NCBI GenBank assembly: GCA_964016885.1
Contig: OZ024740.1
Location: forward strand, 104,098,001 to 104,162,000
Direction of reading: 5' to 3'
DNA from: Eledone cirrhosa
Lineage: Eukaryota
Length of the DNA: 64,000 bases
Shown here: one piece after another, positions 56,505 to 64,000 of the stretch
Layout of the letters: each line of letters starts with the position of its first letter
How positions within the stretch are numbered: the first letter of the stretch is position 1
The notes under the pieces: generated by a model
What the model was told of the DNA's origin: nothing
What the model saw: only the letters and a program-made list of their open reading frames with translations
Database searches by the model: none
Position numbers and translations under genes: made by a program

Positions 56505-59500
56505 TCATCATCATCATCGTTTAACGTCTATCTTCTACGCTAGCATGGGTTTCGACAGGAATTGTCCCACTTGAGGCAAGATTGGTTGGGGGACCGTGTC
56601 TCGCTTGTATAGGACTGTCTGGCAGGTTGCCCTTCCTAATACCAACCACGTTTACAGTGTGGACTGGGAGGCTTTTACCGTGTTACCTACACGGCCACAT
56701 TACAGCGTGGACTGTGTGTGTTTTTTTGTCGTGACACCTACACGACCTCATTTATTTTGGACTGGATGTTGTGGTACCAACATAACTTTACAGAGAGAGG
56801 GTGGTGTTGGTGGGAGTGGGGGTAGTGGGATGTGGGTGTATAGTTGGTTAAGAGGTGCCTACTGGCTGTTATTTTTGCTATGTACATAGGCAAGGCGGGT
56901 CTTCTGTATTACTGCATAGCGCCAAAGATCTCGGTCCAGTGATATTGTCTTAGAGAGGTGTAAGTGTGTAAGGTCAGAATTTATCATATCGTCCCAGGTT
57001 TTTCTGGGTCTACCTACTCCGTAACTTCCATCAATTTTGATCACCCTGCACTTTTTTATACAGCTGTCGTCTTTCATGCACATCACGTAGCAATACCAAC
57101 GTAGTCTTCTCTCAAGTAAACAGCATCTGATCCCTCTTATTCCTAATTTCTCACTTAGTTCATCTATGCTTTGCCGTTCGCGTATATTACTATTACACAT
57201 CCAACGGAGCATGCATGCGTTGTTCCTCTCCACTCTGTGCAGGTCTTCTGCACACAATGCCCATGTCTCACTGCCATGAAACATTGCTGTTCATATGCAG
57301 GCATCATACAATTTGCCTTTCATTTTTAGAGAGAAACCTTTAGTGGCCAATAGTGGTATAAGCTCTCTGAACTTTTTCCATCCCGTTCTGACTCTGGCTA
57401 CTGTACTTTCAGAGCACCCTCCACCACTGCTGATCTTGTCACCCAGGTAATGGAAGGTGTCCACTATTTCTATAGAACCATCTGGGCAATAGAAGGAGCT
57501 GGTATCTTGTGGGCACTTGCTACTTATTACACCTGAGCATTGGCCACATATAAAATCTACGTTCTTAGATAGCTTACCTGTGATCCCACTACATCTTTTA
57601 TGTACCCATAGTTTGCATTTAGGACATAAAAGGGAATTTCTGCCTACTCCTTTCCTACACACTGAACAGGGCCATTTCCCAGAGGGGACCTGTGCCCTAT
57701 TTTCCTTTCTACATACTAGAACTTTAGTCTTAGACAAGTTAACTTTAAGGCCTTTTGATTCTAGGCCATGCTTCCATGTTTGGAATTTCTTCTCTAGTTC
57801 AGCCATAGATTCAGCTATGAGAGTTAGATCATCAGCGTATAGAAGTTCCCATGAGCAGCCGGTCTTGAACTCCTCTATTATAGCCTGAAGGGCAATAATA
57901 AATAGGAGGGGCTAAGGACAGAGCCTTGATGAACACCAACTGTTACACTAAATTCTTCACTATATTCATTATTAATTCTAACCTTACTGACTGTTTCTTT
58001 ATGCATGGCTTGTATAGCTCTCAGAAGCCATTCATCTACACCTAGTTTTCTAAGAGCTCACCAGATAATGTAGTGGAGGACTCAGTCAAAGGCTTTCTTA
58101 CAAAAGCTAAGTAGAGGGGTTTACTTTTAGCTAGGTACTTCTCCTGTAGTTGTCGTACAAGGAAAAGAGCGTCTGTGGTACTTTTACCTGACACAAACCC
58201 AAACTGCATTTCATCTAGATCAATATGCTCTCTGATTAGTTGTGCTATAACTCTTTCTGTGACCTTCATGACCTGGTCAACTAATTTAATGCCTCTGTAG
58301 TTTCCCTACCTAGAGCATCTCCTCTGCCCTTGTAGCAGTTAATGATGCTGCTGTTACACCAGTCATTTGGTATGACCCCATTCTGGTTTACTATCTGGGA
58401 GACCATAGTGTGACCCACCATTCCGGATGCTTTCAGCATTTCATCAACTATCTCCGAAGGCCCAGCTGCCTTGCCTGTCTTCATATCTTTGATTGCCTTA
58501 CTTATTATACTACCTTTAACTTGCACCGCTGGTCCCTCTATTTTTCCCATTTATTCTCCTCATTTAGTAGTCTCTCGTAGTGACACTTCCAAGCTACCTT
58601 CTTATCAGCGTCGGTGATGGCAAGTACACCATCATCATTAAGGACACACTTCTCCCCGACAATATCACGACTTTCCCTGACACATTGCCTAGCAATCCTG
58701 AACAACTTACGTATTTTGTCCTCGCGTTGTAGAACATGCTTGAACTTTCTTTCTTCTGCTTCCCTTTTTGCGAAGTACACTTGTCTCCTAGCGTCTCTCC
58801 TGGCCACTTGATAGTCTTCTCTACTTCCCCCATCCCACCATGCTTTCCAAGCCTGCTTTTTGGCCTTGATCGACTCCTCCACCTTATTGTTCCACCACCA
58901 AGTTACTCTCCTCCTGCCTATAGGTCTGCTCCAGCCACAGATTACATCTGTTGCCTTCAGCAGGTTAACTTTCAGGAATTCCCACTGTTCCTCTATATTG
59001 TACGATTCTAATTGCTTTTCCTTACTGTCAAAAGCATCAAGTAATATGCTTTTAAATTTATTACAGGCTGTGGGGTCCTTTAACTTCGATATTCTTCTCA
59101 GGGTAGTCCTCCATTGTTGTCGAGTACGACTAGTCCTGACTACGAGGTCACTAACTATGAGGCTATGTTGGGAGGTGCATTCTTCACTGGGGAGGGATTT
59201 AGTGTTTACAACAAACACTTTGTCACGTCTTCTGGTAAGGATATAATCTATCTGACTGGCGTGTTCCCCTGATCTATAGGTGATCAAGTGATTGTCTTGT
59301 TTTTTGAAGTTTGTGTTACAGATAGTTAGGTTATTAGCGTCACAGAATTCCAGGATTCTGAAGCCTTCCTCATTTCTAGTACCAAACCCATAGCCTCCAT
59401 GGATTCCGTCATAGCCATCACAATGTTGTCCAACATGACCATTTAGGTCGCCAGCAATAATTAAGTAGTCACTCTCGGTTATTTGGGAGGTAGTGAGCAT

Positions 59501-59523
59501 TAGCGACTTATAGAATCTGTCAT
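56505..59523 (-). mobile_element. Longest RTE-clade LINE copy (partial APE endonuclease, RT, PHD-like finger, C-terminus, 3'UTR), multiple frameshifts
   Basis: IIAGDLNGHVG, NEEG, SQIDYIL, WWWN, GKAAGP, QFGF, KWPCSVC..C..C..WVH.RC..C..C, FHYLG, GRPRKTW; 3' tail GTTTAACGTC with (GAT)n. Confidence 0.96.
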
Positions 59524-60235
59524 CTCAACCATAATTGTACTGATCTATCACCAAAGATATTTCAGCCATGACTATATAACTGTCAGGAAACATTAGCCAT
59601 GAGAAAGGCAGCACTAGGAAGAAATGGTTAACAATTAGGGACTATGTTGAAAAATAAACCTCATTTCATCATTCCATGAGAGTATCTTGGTCATCCTATG
59701 AACTTTTCAGCTGACACTTGTAAATCCCATCTGTATTAAAAGAAAATTAATTCAAGGCAATGCCCTCTCTCCTCTCTTTCCTGTCTGCCTTTAACACCTT
59801 TAACCAACATATTAATCTAGAGAGGTTATAACTATAAATACTATCTGGTATGTAGATGACCTCATGTTGTATGCTGCAGATGATGAACAACTGGAGACAC
59901 TGTTAGCATGAGTACACTGATTCTGAAGAGGAATTGAAATAAAATTCAGCTTAGAAAAATATGCCACAACTACACTGAAGAGTGGAAAACTAATTCAAAC
60001 CCCTACTACTCTCACTAATATCATGGGGAATAAATAAAAACTAAAAACACAAGAGAATTAGACCAAACACAAAGTTACAAATATTTTGGAATTAATGAAT
60101 CAGAGAACAACACATACACATGTAGAAGAAAGCTTAGGAAGAAATGTTATAAATGTATTTTGTAAATACTAAGAACAGAGACAAACGTATAAAATATGGT
60201 AATAAGCTGTTCCAGTAGAATATTCTAGTTAAACA

Positions 60236-60248
60236 GTGGTGGTGGTGG

Positions 60249-60324
<76 letters not shown>

Positions 60325-60362
60325 GGTGGTGGTGGTGGTGGTGGTGGTGGTGGTGATGATGG

Positions 60363-60408
<46 letters not shown>
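60236..60408. repeat. Compound (GGT)n(GAT)n(GGT)n(GAT)n microsatellite inside the RLE LINE
   Basis: Direct reading. Confidence 0.97.
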
Positions 60409-61279
60409 CTGCAGACTTGATTTAGAAAGACACAACAGAAAAAAACTAGAAAAATAATGTTTGCAGATAAATACAGAAATCTGATACAGAAATATATTTT
60501 CCACTATTTTAGGGAAGTAGAAGTCTTTTGCATCTAGAAAATTATCGTAAAATATCTAATCTAGCACTACAAAATTATAAAGACTAAACAGGAATAGTTA
60601 CAAAACATGAGCAAAACAAAAGATGATTTTTTGTCTTCGAGGAAGCTAACAAATATAAAACAGAGCTAGCTGTGAGAAGAACTGAATATTTAAAACAACT
60701 AAAACCTACTCTGAAAAAGAGCTTAGAAAATGCTGTGCAAAGAACATGGTACAAAAAGCCCCTACATGGCTAATATCTTACAAGAATGAACAAAGGAGAA
60801 GTAAATAAAGAAAACCTTAATAGTGGCTGAAAAGTGTGAAACTCAAGGGTTTTGACCAGGACACAAGTACAGAACCTTATATCTAAAAGATTGAGAAACA
60901 TATTATGAAGCAGACTACAAAAATAAACTGTAGAATATGTGTAGATTCTTTAGAAACAATGAATTATATTGTTGCTGGCAGATGAGTCTAAACCTATGGA
61001 TAATTATATGTACAGCCATGACATAGTTGGAGTTTTCATACACTGGAAATTATGCTAACATTATGAAACGTCCACAGAACAAAGGTGCTTAAAAGAAATT
61101 GACAGTGACCATGCTCTTTGACATGCCAGTTCATACAAGCATGGATATTATTGTAAAAGACTATCAGGAAAAGAAGTGTCTCCTAACTGATGTATTAATT
61201 CCAACAGGCAATAATTTATTTCAAAGAAATGGAGAGATTATTCAACTATGAAATAATTAAAACATGGAAATAGAGATGA

Positions 61280-61375
61280 AGGAATGCAGTATATGGAGAG
61301 ATGCTGTGCTGAAAAGGACCCATCCAACCCATGCAAACATGGGAAAACAGACGTAAAACGATGATAGTGATGATG
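61280..61375 (+). mobile_element. ~95-bp RTE 3' tail nested in the R4/Dong-like element, 8-bp TSD
   Basis: TGGAGAGATGCTGTGCTG..CAACCCATGCAAACATGGGAAAACAGACGTAAAA; AGAGATGA at 61272-61279 and 61376-61383. Confidence 0.8.
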
Positions 61376-61740
61376 AGAGATGACCAGAATGTGAGGATTG
61401 AAAACAGAAGCAACCCTATAATAATAGATGTCTTGGAAATGGTAAAAAAACAAAGCAAAAACAAAAAAATGCACATAAATATATAACCAAAACAGCAGGA
61501 CTTATGTACATACACAACATATAGAAAGTATCACTACAAGACACTGCATACATATTATGTAGAGTACTTTTAATAAAGTAGAAAAAAAACACAACCTAAG
61601 GCACACTGAGTATATTTTAACTTGCATTGAAAGCATACAACAAAGACAAGCTTACAAAAATAACAATAATAACAATACTAATACTTTTAATTGTACGCTT
61701 CATTCCATTTGTAATTGGCATAAATAAATTGCTATACAAA

Positions 61741-62110
61741 ATCATCATCATCACCATTCAACGTATATTTTCCATGCTAGCATGGGTTAGACAAGTTGTC
61801 CCATTGTGAAATACGTCAGATCAGGTGACCATGTTTTGCTCATAGAGAAACTGTAGAAAATCTCATATAGAACTGTTTCTTTCTTGTTTTCTATGGCTGG
61901 ATGCCCATCCTAATGTCAACCACATTTACAGTGAGGACAGGGTACTTTTTATTGTGGCACCAAAACAACCATCTGACAGGATGGACTGGGTAATTTTTTA
62001 CCATGTCACCAGCATGACCACCTTACAGGGAGGACTGGGTACTTTTCATCGTGTCACCAAAATGACCAACTTACAAGGTGGACTGGGTACTTTTACATCT
62101 TGTCATCAAC
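61741..62110 (-). mobile_element. Decayed RTE 3'UTR fragment with 48-bp units
   Basis: TTTTCCATGCTAGCATGGGTTAGA tail, GGCTGGATGCCCATCCTAA, and about four GGACTGGGTACTTTT units. Confidence 0.78.
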
Positions 62111-62451
62111 AACTTCTGTAAAGTCATTGATTTGTGAGGATAAGCACAGGCATGCTCTTGACAATAGCAATACTAGTATGTACAAATATTGTAAATATTG
62201 TTAGAGCATTTTCCCATAACATGTGTTGTTAACCTTGAAAATTGTTATGCATGTAAATAAACCATTGGAGTATCAAGGGAGTTGAAATTTTTAGGAACTG
62301 TAGAAAATCTCAAACATGGAAAATAACTGTGAACACAGTTGATTGCTATAAATAATAGCTTAGAAAATAAGGTAAAATACCCCTATAGAAAGAAAAAGTG
62401 TCTAGCAGCTGTTACAGAGAATCGAACTCTGTACCTCTCAAACCATAAATA

Positions 62452-63250
62452 ATGGTTTTTTATTTAGGCACAAGGCCAGCAATTTTTTTTTTGGGGGGGG
62501 AAGTCGATGAAATTGACCCCAGTGCATGACTGGTACCTTATTTTGTCGACCCCGTAAGGATGAAAAGCAAAGTTAACCTCGGCGGGATTTGAATTCAGAA
62601 TGGCAAGGGCCGTAGCTCTATGCGTCAAAGCATGGCGTCCGACCCTCTACCGATACTGCCAATCCAAATAATTGTTTCTACTTTAGGCACAAGGCCAGCA
62701 ATTACCCAGTGCGTTACTGGTACTTTATTTCATCGACCCCGTAAGGATGAAAGGCAAAGTCAACCTCGGCGGGATTTGAACTCAGATCGCAAAGGGACAT
62801 AACTATGCTGGAAAGTATAACGTCCGACCCTCTACCGATACTGCCAATCCAAATAATGGTTTCTAATTTAGACACAAGGTCAACATTTTTGAGAAGAAGG
62901 GGAAAGTTGGTTATACAGACCCCAGTAATTTATTTTATTGACCCTGGAAAGAGGAAAGGTAAAGCTGACCATGGCAGGATTTGAAACTAAAATATTGAGG
63001 TCCTGAAAGACATTTCATCTGACATACTTATGATTCTGCTAATACACTGCCCTTGATAATACTAATAATGAATTCTAGCTTAAGTATAAAGTCCAAAATG
63101 TTTTAGTAGAGAGGGTAAAATTGATTTGATAAACCTAAGTGCTTGACTGATACATTATTTTATCAACTCCAAAAGGATGAAAAGCTAAGTCAACATTGGT
63201 GTGATTTGAACTCAGACCATAAAACATGTAACTTATTACCACTGATTCTA
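62452..63250 (-). mobile_element. Head-to-tail cluster of four SINE family 2 copies (62452-62665, 62670-62850, and decayed 62855-63050, 63065-63250)
   Basis: Repeated GACCCCGTAAGGATGAAAGGCAAAGT.AACCTCGGCGGGATTTGAA core. Confidence 0.85.
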
Positions 63251-63344
63251 TTATTCACTGTTATCATAGTAAAAACAAAAAGATAAAAATGGTTTCTAAT
63301 ACAGGCACAAGACCATTATATTGGTCTGTAAGATTGTCTCTATT

Positions 63345-63535
63345 ACTTAGAGCATTGGTCAAAATGCTATGTGGTATTTAGTTGGCCCATTACATTCTGA
63401 GTTCAAATCCCTCTGAGGCCAACTTTACCTTTCATCTTTCAATGATCAATAAAATAAAATACCAGTCAAGTACTGGAGTTGATTGAATAGACTTTCCCAT
63501 TGAACCAAATTTGCTGGCCTAAATTAGAAACCATT
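63345..63535 (+). mobile_element. Decayed SINE family 2 copy
   Basis: GAGTTCAAATCC B-box, CCTTTCATC core, and GCTGGCCT..AATTAGAAACCATTA tail. Confidence 0.75.
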
Positions 63536-63799
63536 ACTTAACTAATACTTATTTTATCGACTGTGTAATGATGAAAAGCATGATAGACCCCCATGGGGGT
63601 GAACTGAGAATACAAAGAGTCATAAATAAATACTGCTAATTCAACTAATTCGGTCAATCAACCACCAATATCCTGCCAACTTGTCAGGAAGTAAACTGAA
63701 GTGAAAGCCAATTAGAAACTAATATGAAACTGTTGAAAATGATATTGATATGAAGATGTATGCAGTAAACTGATACATCCTCATATATATACAAGAGAT

Positions 63800-63952
63800 T
63801 TCCTTATGAGTTCCAAATTCATTGACAAGGTATTGATCAGCCCAAGCCTAAAGTAAAAGACACTGGCCCAAGGTGACATACAGTGGAATGAGACTTAAAA
63901 CCACATGGTTGTGAAGTGAACTTTTTAACAACTCTGCCATGCCTGCACCTTA
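63800..63952 (-). mobile_element. Decayed tRNA-derived SINE of another subfamily
   Basis: Minus-strand head AGGTGCAGGCATGGCAGAGTTGTTAAAAAG and CORE-like TCACCTTGGGCCAGTGTCTT. Confidence 0.5.
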
Positions 63953-64000
63953 TAAGACAAAAATTAAAAAGATATATATTAAATTTATATATTGCAAAGA

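Larger units (their letters stand above)
59845..61580 (+). pseudogene. Decayed R4/Dong-like (RLE) non-LTR retrotransposon, 5'-truncated
   Basis: Manual translation in order: YVDDLMLYA, IKFSLEKYA, YKYFGI, KPLHG*Y, CRICVDSLETMNYIVAG, HDIVGVFIHWKLC, DIIVKD..KCLLTDVLIP, KVSLQDTAYILCRVL. Confidence 0.8.

Overview
Repeat-dominated eukaryotic (metazoan) DNA with no recognisable host gene. The SINE/LINE/microsatellite complement suggests a cephalopod (octopus-like) genome, which is inference. Bases 1-22165 are one 15-bp satellite array (GGTGTGGTAGTGTCA, about 1,480 monomers, open to the left) with higher-order structure; all giant ORFs there are translations of the repeat. Bases 22166-64000 are a mosaic of transposons. 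LINEs: 5'-truncated RTE-clade copies (several with a PHD-like finger inside the RT C-terminal region) and decayed CR1, CRE-like and R4/Dong-like copies. Penelope-like elements: two with RT+GIY-YIG carrying recognisable minimal hammerhead ribozymes, plus one mini inverted-repeat element. Short elements: two tRNA-derived SINE families, mariner-type and TTAA-type MITEs, and a probable non-autonomous Helitron. The most interesting signals are mechanistic: fold-back duplications at SINE 5' junctions, a twin-priming-type 5' inversion in an RTE LINE, two independent insertions of one LINE family near the same site of one MITE family, SINE tail swapping between two LINE partners, and variant hammerhead cores. 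All calls were made by eye, without database searches.
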